Positions 26,880 through 36,120 of a stretch of DNA of 58,926 bases are shown one piece after another. The notes beneath the pieces were generated by a model, which saw nothing but the letters and a program-made list of their open reading frames with translations, did not search any database and had not been told where the DNA came from. Source of the DNA: Bacteroidaceae bacterium (GTDB lineage Bacteria > Bacteroidota > Bacteroidia > Bacteroidales > Paludibacteraceae); contig CAVFHY010000002.1 in assembly GCA_963622445.1 (NCBI GenBank), forward strand, positions 1 to 58,926, read 5' to 3'. Position 1 is the stretch's first letter; every line of letters starts with the position of its first letter. Made by a program: the position numbers and the translations under genes.

Positions 26880-28142
26880 TTAGTTTTTCAACTCATAGAA
26901 ATTGAACGCACCATCCAAGACCTCGAAACGCAAGCAGGTTCGGCCATGCTTCGGGACAAAGGAGCAAGTGAGCGTGGTCGGCGTGGACACATCGCCCGTG
27001 CGGGGAAGGCTGACCACCGTCTGCAGCACGCCATCGCAATAGATATTGACCATGCTGTTGGACAGCGAGGCATACGAAATCTGCAAGGGCTGCTCGGCGG
27101 TAACCAGAACCTGATAGTCGAGCCATGCGCCCGACTGTAGGTTGTAGATATAAGGCTTGCCATCGCACAGACGCTGCGAAATGGAATTGTTCTGCAACGC
27201 AATATATTGGTTCGCCCCCACCCCGTCGGACAACGGCAACCAAGCCGAATGGTCGAAGGAAGAGAACTGCGTATAGAGAACACCCAAATCGGTGAGCGCA
27301 GAGGGCGATGTATGCGTGAGCAACTGCATATAAGGATAGGAATCGACCTTGCCGCTCGTGCGAGGGATGAACCATGCATAGCGCTCGACCAAATCGGTCT
27401 GCTCGAAATAGTTAAGCACGGAACACATATAATCCATCTGGTTCTCCACACGGGACACTGTGCTTTCCCATGCACAAAACTCGGTCATCCAAATTGGTTT
27501 GCCGTACTTCTCGAACCGCTCGACATAACTCTGCACCGCTGAGGGGGACGCCATATAGCAATGGATGGCGATGGCATCGACATCATCGAGCGACACGCCC
27601 GGCTGCACGAAGAACTCGTCGAGCCACTTGATAGGGTCGCTATAGCCGGAAAGTGTACCGTAATTCATTGCCGGTGAGACCAGTTTCAGCCCCAACTCAT
27701 GCGCCAAAGCCACAACAGCCGGCCACTGAGCGGCTGCCTCTGCGGGCGTCATATTCGCCTGGTCGGTCAGGTTCGGCTCGTTGAACGCCAACAGGTAGCG
27801 GGTATTGGGGTGTGCCTGCTTGTAGGCACGAATCTTATCAGCATCGTAACTGCCGCTCCACGCCATAGGGCAATAGTCCATGTCGTTGGTATCGAACCAC
27901 AAAGCCGCATTGTCGTTCTGGCCGTTGCCCCAGTTGTACGCCCACGAGCAAGACTCAGACAGCAGCGGCAAGTCCTCCGTCAGCGAGAAATTGAACGCTA
28001 CGCCGCGCTTTGCACTCTTGCGCATGGCGGTATAGGTCTTGTCCGATACCTCACCATTGCCCTCGCACGCGAACAGCACCACCACGAGCAAAACGGCGGT
28101 GAGCAGGACAGATGCGGTATGTCGGAGAAAAGAACGAGTCAT
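26880..28142 (-). CDS. Clan GH-A glycosidase of the Glyco_hydro_cc / GH128-like type (beta-1,3-glucanase candidate) with C-terminal beta-sandwich
   Basis: Lipoprotein signal ...VVVLFAC. KRGVAFNF, SWAYNWG, LLAFNEPN (acid/base Glu context), IHCY, KPIWMTEFCAW (nucleophile Glu context). Confidence 0.65.
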   Translation of the reverse strand: MTRSFLRHTASVLLTAVLLVVVLFACEGNGEVSDKTYTAMRKSAKRGVAFNFSLTEDLPLLSESCSWAYNWGNGQNDNAALWFDTNDMDYCPMAWSGSYDADKIRAYKQAHPNTRYLLAFNEPNLTDQANMTPAEAAAQWPAVVALAHELGLKLVSPAMNYGTLSGYSDPIKWLDEFFVQPGVSLDDVDAIAIHCYMASPSAVQSYVERFEKYGKPIWMTEFCAWESTVSRVENQMDYMCSVLNYFEQTDLVERYAWFIPRTSGKVDSYPYMQLLTHTSPSALTDLGVLYTQFSSFDHSAWLPLSDGVGANQYIALQNNSISQRLCDGKPYIYNLQSGAWLDYQVLVTAEQPLQISYASLSNSMVNIYCDGVLQTVVSLPRTGDVSTPTTLTCSFVPKHGRTCLRFEVLDGAFNFYELKN

Positions 28143-28239
28143 GGTAGAAGTTCGATTTTGAAAGGGGAACTATTTTTCTTTGCGTGTGTTTGAAATGTTT
28201 ATGTAAGGATGCTTGGGCAAGTATCGGGGGGCAGCGGGA

Positions 28240-29508
28240 TTATTGCGCCTCCTCGCGCTGATAGACACGCACCCAATCGACATACATGATACGCTGCGTA
28301 TCGAAGATGGCGTCGTCCACCGTGCCGCCCATATTGCCGCCTATAGCCAAATTGAAGATAATGAAATGCGCCTTATTGAACGGCCACGCTTGGGCGTTGT
28401 CTATCTCGCTCTCCCATGAGGTGGCATAGACCACACCATCGACCGTGAAACGAATACAATCCTTACCGTTCTCTTCCTCTTGGCACCACTCTACTCCATA
28501 GGTATGGAAACCACCCGCCAACGATTGGTCAAAGAAATGGGTACTCGACCAGTTGTTGCCACGCGTGCCGTTCTTGAGCGGGGTATGCAGAGCAAACGAT
28601 GCACGAGTGGGCTGCGAACCGATATGCTCGATGATATCTATCTCGCCACAAGCCGGCCACGAACCTTTGTTGCCCATCATCCAGAACGCAGGCCATGTGC
28701 CTTGCCCGCCCGGGAAACTGATACGCGCCTCGATTTTTCCATAAGTGAATGTCTTCTTGTCCTTCGAGAGAATACGCGCAGAGGTATAGTTACGGTTCTC
28801 GTACGCCTCCTTGCGTGCCTCTATCTCGAGGCAACCGTTCTGCACACGGATGTTTTCGGTACGGGTGGTATAGTACTGCAACTCGTTGTTGCCCCAACCG
28901 CCACCACCGATATTGTAGTCCCAAACACTCTCGTCGAGAGAAGTGCCATCAAACTCATCCGACCACACCAATTTGTAGTCGCCCCAATGGTGTGCCACTG
29001 CTACTATTGCGGTATGGCTCTCAACAGGAGTAGCTAAGGTGATGGTAGCATTACCCGGGGCGATGGCGGTAACAAGACCGGAATTATCAACACGCGCCAC
29101 GCTCTCGTCGGAAGACGACCAAGTGAGTTCAAGATCGTAGGTATTTCCGTACGAGAATTGGTAGGTATCGCCTTTCTCGAGGCTGACAAGAGCCGGTGTG
29201 ATACGCAACGAAGAACCATCGGTAGCCGTAACAAACACCTCGCAAGTGGCTGTAGCAGAACCCTTCTTGGCCGTAATAATCGCCTTGCCGATAGCCTTGG
29301 CCGTGACAGTGCCATAGAAAACCGTTGCCACTGAATCGTTGGAGGAAGCCCACTCTACATCTGCCACATCGCCAGACAGCGTAATGGTCTGAATATCACC
29401 CGGAATCATCTGGAGTGTATTGGGCGTAAGCACAAGGCTTACCTTATCGGTGCAAGCCGCAAGAAAAATGGAGCCGAATATGAAAAACGTGGTCAGTTGG
29501 CGTGTCAT
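28240..29508 (-). CDS. GH16 beta-1,3-glucanase with two N-terminal Big_2 domains, lipoprotein
   Basis: Signal ...GSIFLAAC. Big_2-like LTPNTLQMIPGDIQTITL... and ITPALVSLEKGDTYQF... GEIDIIEHIG (ExDxxE). WPAFWMMG. Confidence 0.85.
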   Translation of the reverse strand: MTRQLTTFFIFGSIFLAACTDKVSLVLTPNTLQMIPGDIQTITLSGDVADVEWASSNDSVATVFYGTVTAKAIGKAIITAKKGSATATCEVFVTATDGSSLRITPALVSLEKGDTYQFSYGNTYDLELTWSSSDESVARVDNSGLVTAIAPGNATITLATPVESHTAIVAVAHHWGDYKLVWSDEFDGTSLDESVWDYNIGGGGWGNNELQYYTTRTENIRVQNGCLEIEARKEAYENRNYTSARILSKDKKTFTYGKIEARISFPGGQGTWPAFWMMGNKGSWPACGEIDIIEHIGSQPTRASFALHTPLKNGTRGNNWSSTHFFDQSLAGGFHTYGVEWCQEEENGKDCIRFTVDGVVYATSWESEIDNAQAWPFNKAHFIIFNLAIGGNMGGTVDDAIFDTQRIMYVDWVRVYQREEAQ

Positions 29509-29546
29509 AAGGGTCTGTTTTTTTGTGAAAAGATTTGATTGGAGCC

Positions 29547-29571
29547 ATAAGGAGGGTATCAGCCTCCTTAT
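29547..29571 (-). other. Intra-operon RNA hairpin after the SGBP-like gene
   Basis: ATAAGGAGG-GTATCAG-CCTCCTTAT forms a perfect 9-bp stem. It lies between the 29601 stop and the 29508 start. Confidence 0.4.
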
Positions 29572-29600
29572 AGCAAAGATATAATTTTCGGCTTACGAGA

Positions 29601-30530
29601 TTATTTCTTGTAGAAATAAACAGCATCCAAGTTGAGTTGAGCACCGGCAACACCCTCTGTCAGAACTACAAATACATTGACACCTGCAGCGCAAGTGGTA
29701 GAAGCCAAGGCGGTAGCATATTTCGACATAGGAATATCAAACTCTTGCCAACTGCCGTCACGCGTGAAGTCGGAATAGATAGGACCATCGTATACAACCG
29801 ATGTACCCAAGACAAACTTGGTGTTCTCTGCACCAAAGATATAGAAGCAGTGGCTGTACTTGTCGGTCGATTTGATAGCCAAGTGCAGATAGTAATCATC
29901 CGGATTGGCTACGATAGCCGCACGCAATGCCTCTGCACCCTGCCAACCCGTGCCGCTCTCGGTCAAGCAGAAACCACAGCCAGACCATCCGACTTCTCCT
30001 ACTGTCAGAGCAGTAAAGCCGTCGGTATTGCCATAGAAGTTCAAACCGGTAGGATTGTCATTGGCTACATACGTTCCATCCCATACATAAAGGAATTGGT
30101 CTACATCGTTCGGTGCAAAGGAAGCCGCAATTTTCGATTGGACGGCCTCCGTGGTGGTAGCATCAAGGATGACAGGCCAAATCTGGCTCCCCTTGACCTC
30201 TGCAGTCTTGCCACTGTCATCGCCACCTTTGGCGGTAACCTTAACGACGCAAGTCTTGGTAGTACCGTTAGCCGTAGCCGAAATGATAGCCGTACCCTCG
30301 GCAACAGCGGTAACAAGACCATTATTGTCCACGGTAGCAATGGTCTCTGCAGAAGACTTCCACTCGTCCACCGTAATGTTGGCTACGAGTTGTTGGGTCT
30401 CACCTACCTTGAGGGTAGTAGAGGAGGGCGTGAGTTCGAGTGTTTTCTCATCGTTTTTGTCTTTGCATGCATTCAGACCGAAAAGAGTCAGTGCTGCGAG
30501 TGCAAATGCACAAATTTTGTTCGCTTTCAT
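29601..30530 (-). CDS. SGBP-like surface lipoprotein (Big_2 + C-terminal 'VYFYK' beta-sandwich)
   Basis: Signal MKANKICAFALAALTLFGLNAC. Big_2-like LTPSSTTLKVGETQQLVANI... Ends ...WQEFDIPMSKY...LNLDAVYFYKK. It sits immediately downstream of SusD, the usual SGBP slot. Confidence 0.7.
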   Translation of the reverse strand: MKANKICAFALAALTLFGLNACKDKNDEKTLELTPSSTTLKVGETQQLVANITVDEWKSSAETIATVDNNGLVTAVAEGTAIISATANGTTKTCVVKVTAKGGDDSGKTAEVKGSQIWPVILDATTTEAVQSKIAASFAPNDVDQFLYVWDGTYVANDNPTGLNFYGNTDGFTALTVGEVGWSGCGFCLTESGTGWQGAEALRAAIVANPDDYYLHLAIKSTDKYSHCFYIFGAENTKFVLGTSVVYDGPIYSDFTRDGSWQEFDIPMSKYATALASTTCAAGVNVFVVLTEGVAGAQLNLDAVYFYKK

Positions 30531-30666
30531 AATGAATCGTATTTTATGGTTAATAATGAATCGTTTTATATAGGATTAGTTCCTTTGCTTGTAGTAGTAT
30601 GGGCGGCGAGCCAATTGGATTACGATAGGTTACACACTATGTACAGCAGGCTCGCACCGTGGCGAA

Positions 30667-32313
30667 TCAATAGCCCGGGTTCTGCGACATGGTTGTCGGA
30701 TTGAGTTGGATCTCCTCCTGCGGGATAGGGAATAACTCGTGCTTGCCCTTGATGAACGAAGTGATATGCGACCGGGCATTGGTGGATTCGGTCTCGGCAT
30801 AGGCATCCATGTGCTCCTTAAGCCCGGTGCCACTGACACCCTCCCAACGAACAAGGTCGAACCAACGGTGTCCCTCCATGGCGAGTTCGACACGACGCTC
30901 GTGGCGCAAGCATTGCTCCGTGGTAGGAGAAGCGACCTCGACACCATTTACACGGAAGGTATATGTACCGACCTCGCCCAGACCTGCACGGGAACGCACC
31001 TTGTTGATATAGGTTTTGGCGGTTGCCTCATCGCCCAAACCAAGAGTTGCTTCGGCGTACATAAGGAGAACATCGGCATAACGAATCTGACGATTGTTGA
31101 GCGGACCACGGCTGGCATGCAGGCTCCACTTGCCAAAACCACCACCCAGGCTCTCCGGGTCACGATACATACCGTACTTGTTGTTGAGGTAACGGTTGTC
31201 GAGATAAATCTCCTCTGCCGGCGATTCGATGAGCGAATCGGCAGGATTGAGAATAGCCACCGCACGACGAAGCGAATCCACAGGTTCGAACTCGTCGTAC
31301 AGGTTCTGCGTCGGATGGTCGAAACCCCAGCCTCCGCCAATCTTGGACGAACGGGAACGCATCAGAATCTGCGTGAAAGAGCCTGCCGTGAAACCAAAGC
31401 CCTCGCCATAGTCGCTCCAAGGCTGCTCGGAATACTGAATCTCGAAAACGGACTCCTCGCCATTCTCACCGGCAAGGGTGAAATTGTCCTCGTAATTGGG
31501 GCAAAGGTCGTACTCGCCCGAAGCGATGATGCTATCGCCCCACGCCTTGGCTGCCGCAAAGCACTCTGCCGCGTCGGCACCAATCTGCGCACTCCAATAA
31601 GAAGAGGCACGGTAGAGATTGACCTTCATCAACATAGCCTGAGCAGCCCCCCTGGTAGCACGGCCGACCTGCTCGTCCTCCAGTTGACTGCGCAGCCAAA
31701 GACCCTTGTTCGCCTCCGTGAGGTCGCTTAAAATCTGGTCGAAAACCGCCTCTACCGACGAACGAGGCACGCCCCAACTGTCGGAATTGTCGATAACGGT
31801 AGTCGAGACAGGCACACCGCCATAGACACGCAAGAGGCGGAAATAGTAGTAAGCACGCAAGAAATACGCCTCGCCGAGCAGACGATTTTTCATCGAAGCG
31901 GTGAAATTCTCGTCTATCCCTATCTCCATATTTGAGATATACTTGATGGCCAAATTGCAGCGGGCAATACCCTGATACTGCGCACGATAGAAATCGAGCA
32001 ACAAGGTATTCTGCGAGGTAGTGCGCCAGTTCTCCATATCATAAGCATCCGCCATATCGGTGGTGCTGCCGCCGCCCTTGAGCGCATCGTCGCTGACAAT
32101 ATCGCCAATGAACCACTCGGGGCAATAGGTGCTGTTGTATTCCCACATGAGAGGCACATAGCAACCCGTCACATTCTCGACTGCCGCATCGGTGGAAACG
32201 AAATAGTCGTCCAAACGCGTCGTACCCGGCTCTATCTCGGTCAGATAGTCTTTGCAACCCGTGAAAGCCACGCAAGCCGCCAACGCCAAAACGATATATT
32301 GTGTCTTTTTCAT
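30667..32313 (-). CDS. SusD/RagB-family outer-membrane glycan-binding lipoprotein
   Basis: MKKTQYIVLALAACVAFTGC lipobox (Met 6 of the track ORF). SusD-like length and TPR-like helical content. Directly downstream of the SusC-like gene. Confidence 0.9.
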   Translation of the reverse strand: MKKTQYIVLALAACVAFTGCKDYLTEIEPGTTRLDDYFVSTDAAVENVTGCYVPLMWEYNSTYCPEWFIGDIVSDDALKGGGSTTDMADAYDMENWRTTSQNTLLLDFYRAQYQGIARCNLAIKYISNMEIGIDENFTASMKNRLLGEAYFLRAYYYFRLLRVYGGVPVSTTVIDNSDSWGVPRSSVEAVFDQILSDLTEANKGLWLRSQLEDEQVGRATRGAAQAMLMKVNLYRASSYWSAQIGADAAECFAAAKAWGDSIIASGEYDLCPNYEDNFTLAGENGEESVFEIQYSEQPWSDYGEGFGFTAGSFTQILMRSRSSKIGGGWGFDHPTQNLYDEFEPVDSLRRAVAILNPADSLIESPAEEIYLDNRYLNNKYGMYRDPESLGGGFGKWSLHASRGPLNNRQIRYADVLLMYAEATLGLGDEATAKTYINKVRSRAGLGEVGTYTFRVNGVEVASPTTEQCLRHERRVELAMEGHRWFDLVRWEGVSGTGLKEHMDAYAETESTNARSHITSFIKGKHELFPIPQEEIQLNPTTMSQNPGY

Positions 32314-32364
32314 AATAGAATCTCCCATAGTATTAATTCATCATTCGTAATTCTTCATTCATAA

Positions 32365-35300
32365 TTAGAAAGTGGCATTCAGACCGAAAGTGAAAGTACG
32401 GCTCTGCGGATAGTTTCCGTAATCGACACCGCTACCTACCTCCGGGTCGTAGCCCGAATACTTTGTGATGGTGAAGAGGTTGCTTGCCGTAACATAGAAA
32501 CGCAAGCGGCTGCAGAAGAATTTCTCCGTTACCTTCTTGGGCAGCGTATAGCCAATTTGGGCGTTCTTGAGGCGCAGGTAGGAGCCGCTCTCGAGGAAAC
32601 GCGTGGAGTTCTCTGTATTGGTGGCCGAACCGAGCGGGTTTGGAATAGTACCGTTGCGATTCTCCAACTCCATCCAGTTGACGCCCTGTGCAAGCAATGC
32701 GTCACGCACCAAATCGGTATAGCCTACCCAAACATCGTCAGCCATATAGGAGGCAAGCGCACTGCTGGAGCCGTCGCCCTCGAGACGCTCACGAAGGGCA
32801 TTGTAAATTTGATTGCCATAGACACCTTGGAAGAACAACTGAATATCAACCCCATAGAACTCGGCACCGAGATTGAAGCCGTAGGTCAGTTTCGGGAACG
32901 GATTGCCGATATTGCTCTTGTCGTTCTCGTCGATTTTGCCGTCGCCGTTGAGGTCCTTGTAGCGAGCGTCACCCGCATGCACCGGAATAGAAGTAGCGTC
33001 GTAGGAATAGAGTTGCGAAAGTGCCTCCTCGTCGGACTGATAGACTCCCTCGTACTCATAGCCCCAGAAGGAATTGAGCGACATACCTACATCGGTCTTG
33101 GTTCGGTCGCCCCAGATAGGCGAGCCGCCATTGATCTCGGTCAGTTCGTTGTGCAGGTAACTGAGGTTGGCACCTATGTTATAATGTACTTTACCGACCT
33201 GATTATCATGATTGAGCGTCAACTCAAATCCCTCGTTGCGGATATTGCCCACATTCTTGACAAGCGAATAGCGGTTGCCCACATGGGCTGGCGCATTGAC
33301 ATAGAGCAGAGCGTCCTTGGTATCGCGGCAGAAATAATCGAGCGTACCGCTCAACTTGCCGTTCCAGAAAGAGAAATCGATACCTGCATCCCACTGCTGG
33401 TTGGTTTCCCATTTGCCGTCCAAATTAACCTGCGTCAGGACCGCCGAGCCGCCATTGATGGTCTGCGACTTGCCCAGCGTATAGCCGTAGAATACATCCT
33501 GACTCGATCCCATAGTCGGCGTGAAAGAACCCGACGGGATACCATCGTTACCTACCTGACCGAATCCGGCACGAATCTTCAAGTTGTCGAGCCACTCGAC
33601 TTGCTTGAGCCAACTCTCCTCGCTCATACGCCATGCCAGCGCCACAGAGGGGAAGTAGCCCCACGGGTTCTTGCTGAAGCGGGAAGAAGCATCGGCACGG
33701 AAGTTGGCGGTTACCATATAGCGGTCGGCATAGGAATAGAACACACGACCGAGGAACGAGACACGACGGATACGCGATACCTCATCGGAAGCGTTGGTGC
33801 GGTCGGTGGTCGCCTTGCTCAGATACCAGTTGCTCTCGATAGGATTGAGAATCTGTGCGCCCGAGCCGCTGATACCATAGGTATTGTACTCCTGCCAAGT
33901 CTGACCTGCCATAACCGAGAAATTGTGTTTGCCAATTTTCTTGGCGTAGGTAACAGTGGTCTCCTCCTGCAACGAGCAGTAGCGCGTCATGGAAGAGGTG
34001 ATGTAGTTCTTCTCGGAGTAGTTGTAGGAAGTATAGGTATTGGGATAAGTGAAGTTGCGGGTGCGGTTGAGCGTATAGTCCACCGAGAAACTCGGGCGGA
34101 TGGTAAGCCCGTCGATAGGCTTGATTTCGAGATAGATGTCGCCGATGGCACGCTCGTTCTTATTAGATGGTTCGGTGTTGTAGGACATCTGGTAGGGGTT
34201 GGTCACATTCTTGAAGTTCGACCCTGCAGAATAATGCCCCGAGAGGTCGTCGCCATTGACATTGACAGAACCATCGGGATAGTAAACAGGATCCCACGGA
34301 GACATAGCCAAAGCAGCGGAGATAACCGATGCACCCGCAGAAGAACTGTTGTTCATGGCGTTACGGCCTTTGGAGGTGGCGAAACTGAGGTGCTCGCCCA
34401 CCTTCAACCACTTACGGATTTCGTAGTCGGTATTGAGGCGGATGGTGAAGCGCTGGTAGTTACTGCCTATAATGGTACCCTCTTGGCCAAAGTAGTTGGC
34501 AGAGAGAGCGTAGTGCCCTTTGTCGTTGCCGCCATCTACGCTCAGGTTGTAGTTGTGCATGAAGGCGTTGGCATTGAATACCTCGTCCTGCCAATCGGTT
34601 TCCTGGTCGGCATAGTTGAAGTTGGTGGGATAGTAAACCGATTTGCCCAACTTGTACATCTGGAGCCAACCAGCAAAGCCTTGGTTGTTGTAATAGGAGA
34701 TTTCCTCGGCACCATTACGCATAGCGCCGATACGCAACTCGGTCTCGGCGTGGCTGCGGGAGTCCATCACATCGAGTTTGCGCCAACGGTTCTGGAAGCC
34801 CCAATAAGCATCGAAAGTGATGTTGGGTTTCGCACCGGCAGAGGCACCGGTCTTGGTGGTAACGATGATGACACCGTTCGCACCTCGCGAACCGTAGATA
34901 GCCGTGGCAGAAGCGTCCTTAAGAATCTCCATCGACTGAATGTCGTTCGGGGCAAGGAACGAGATGTCGCTCGTGATGACACCGTCAACGACATAAAGCG
35001 GGTCGTTGCCACCAATAGCAGAACCAATACCACGAATACGAATGGTCGCCGCCTCACCGGGTTGACCAGAGTTGGTAGTAACCGTAACGCCTGCCGCACG
35101 CCCCTGCAAGGCTTGGTCGAGGCCAGAAACGGGGGCTTTCATCAGTTCGTCTGCGCTGACAGAGGTTACGGCACCCGTCAAGTCCGATTTGCGCATCGTG
35201 CCATAGCCCACAGCAACTACTTCCTGCAGCAGGACATTGTCCGACTGAAGGGTAATGCGCATGGGCGAGGCAGTAGCCTTGACCTCTTGGGTCTTGTAGC

Positions 35301-35553
35301 CCATATACGAAACGGAGAGAATGTCGCCCGCCTTGGCTTGGAGCGAGAAATTGCCGTCGAAATCCGTAATTGTGCCGTTGGAAGTGCCTTTGACCATCAC
35401 ATTAGCACCGATAACGGGATCCGGTTCTCCTTCGGCATAGACAACGCCCGTAACAGTGAGCGTCTGCGCCGATATACTATAAGGAAACAGAATCGCGAAG
35501 AGTGCGAATAGGATGGGGGGGGTGTTTCTGAGTATATTCGTAATCATTCTCAT
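32365..35553 (-). CDS. SusC-like TonB-dependent transporter
   Basis: N-terminal carboxypeptidase-regulatory-like region VTGVVYAEGEPDPVIGANVMVKGTSNGTITDFDGNFSL. Plug/TonB-box region. Terminal beta-strand ...TFGLNATF. Confidence 0.95.
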   Translation of the reverse strand: MRMITNILRNTPPILFALFAILFPYSISAQTLTVTGVVYAEGEPDPVIGANVMVKGTSNGTITDFDGNFSLQAKAGDILSVSYMGYKTQEVKATASPMRITLQSDNVLLQEVVAVGYGTMRKSDLTGAVTSVSADELMKAPVSGLDQALQGRAAGVTVTTNSGQPGEAATIRIRGIGSAIGGNDPLYVVDGVITSDISFLAPNDIQSMEILKDASATAIYGSRGANGVIIVTTKTGASAGAKPNITFDAYWGFQNRWRKLDVMDSRSHAETELRIGAMRNGAEEISYYNNQGFAGWLQMYKLGKSVYYPTNFNYADQETDWQDEVFNANAFMHNYNLSVDGGNDKGHYALSANYFGQEGTIIGSNYQRFTIRLNTDYEIRKWLKVGEHLSFATSKGRNAMNNSSSAGASVISAALAMSPWDPVYYPDGSVNVNGDDLSGHYSAGSNFKNVTNPYQMSYNTEPSNKNERAIGDIYLEIKPIDGLTIRPSFSVDYTLNRTRNFTYPNTYTSYNYSEKNYITSSMTRYCSLQEETTVTYAKKIGKHNFSVMAGQTWQEYNTYGISGSGAQILNPIESNWYLSKATTDRTNASDEVSRIRRVSFLGRVFYSYADRYMVTANFRADASSRFSKNPWGYFPSVALAWRMSEESWLKQVEWLDNLKIRAGFGQVGNDGIPSGSFTPTMGSSQDVFYGYTLGKSQTINGGSAVLTQVNLDGKWETNQQWDAGIDFSFWNGKLSGTLDYFCRDTKDALLYVNAPAHVGNRYSLVKNVGNIRNEGFELTLNHDNQVGKVHYNIGANLSYLHNELTEINGGSPIWGDRTKTDVGMSLNSFWGYEYEGVYQSDEEALSQLYSYDATSIPVHAGDARYKDLNGDGKIDENDKSNIGNPFPKLTYGFNLGAEFYGVDIQLFFQGVYGNQIYNALRERLEGDGSSSALASYMADDVWVGYTDLVRDALLAQGVNWMELENRNGTIPNPLGSATNTENSTRFLESGSYLRLKNAQIGYTLPKKVTEKFFCSRLRFYVTASNLFTITKYSGYDPEVGSGVDYGNYPQSRTFTFGLNATF

Positions 35554-35671
35554 GGTATATTTGGTGTTTGTTGATTATCTTGAGAGCGTGTTGCGCAGCG
35601 GAAGATTCGATGAACTGTCCGGCGGCGTACGCTACGGGCATTCTCGGACAGGTTGCTTCCGAAAAGCAGTG

Positions 35672-35679
35672 CAAAAGTA
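35672..35679 (-). promoter_or_regulatory. Candidate -7 box (TACTTTTG on the minus strand) for the PUL operon
   Basis: The plus strand reads CAAAAGTA, ~120 nt upstream of the susC-like ATG at 35553. Confidence 0.5.
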
Positions 35680-36026
35680 GTATATATATGGAGAAAAAGC
35701 AAATTTTGAAAATATGTTTTATAGCATAAACTTGATTTTTCAGCATTCAATCACAATACTACACGCAATATATTATCTATTTGGTTTTCTGTAGTTTTAT
35801 TATATATAATACTTTCACAAAATAAGTTGTACAGAGGGTATATATAAGCGAGTTTGTGTAGTAGTTGCAATTCGCCCGATTGTAGAAATGCATACTTTAT
35901 AACTTATGTTTCATCTGGCAGATTTTTCGGACGGCAACAAACGACTTTACGCACACAACGGGAAACAAACGACATAATCCGTAAACAACCCACACAAGAA
36001 CCATCCACAAGCCGCACACCCACGCA

Positions 36027-36057
36027 GCAAGGGATGAGCAAGGGATAAGCAAGGGAT
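36027..36057. repeat. Three direct copies of GCAAGGGAT at 11-bp phasing
   Basis: Copies start at 36027, 36038 and 36049. The array lies in the divergent susC-like/ffh intergenic region. Confidence 0.9.
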
Positions 36058-36120
36058 GGCGCAGTTTTCTTCCCTTTTTATGCTTGTTGAAATAAACAAA
36101 GAGGAGAAGACAGAAAAACA

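Noticed and set aside
32557-35511. 984-aa plus-strand ORF spanning almost the whole SusC-like gene in antisense
   Set aside because: The minus-strand frame has unmistakable TonB-dependent transporter features from N-terminus to terminal Phe. The antisense product is low-complexity (rich in R, G, V and A) with no recognisable motifs. It looks like a codon-bias shadow ORF.
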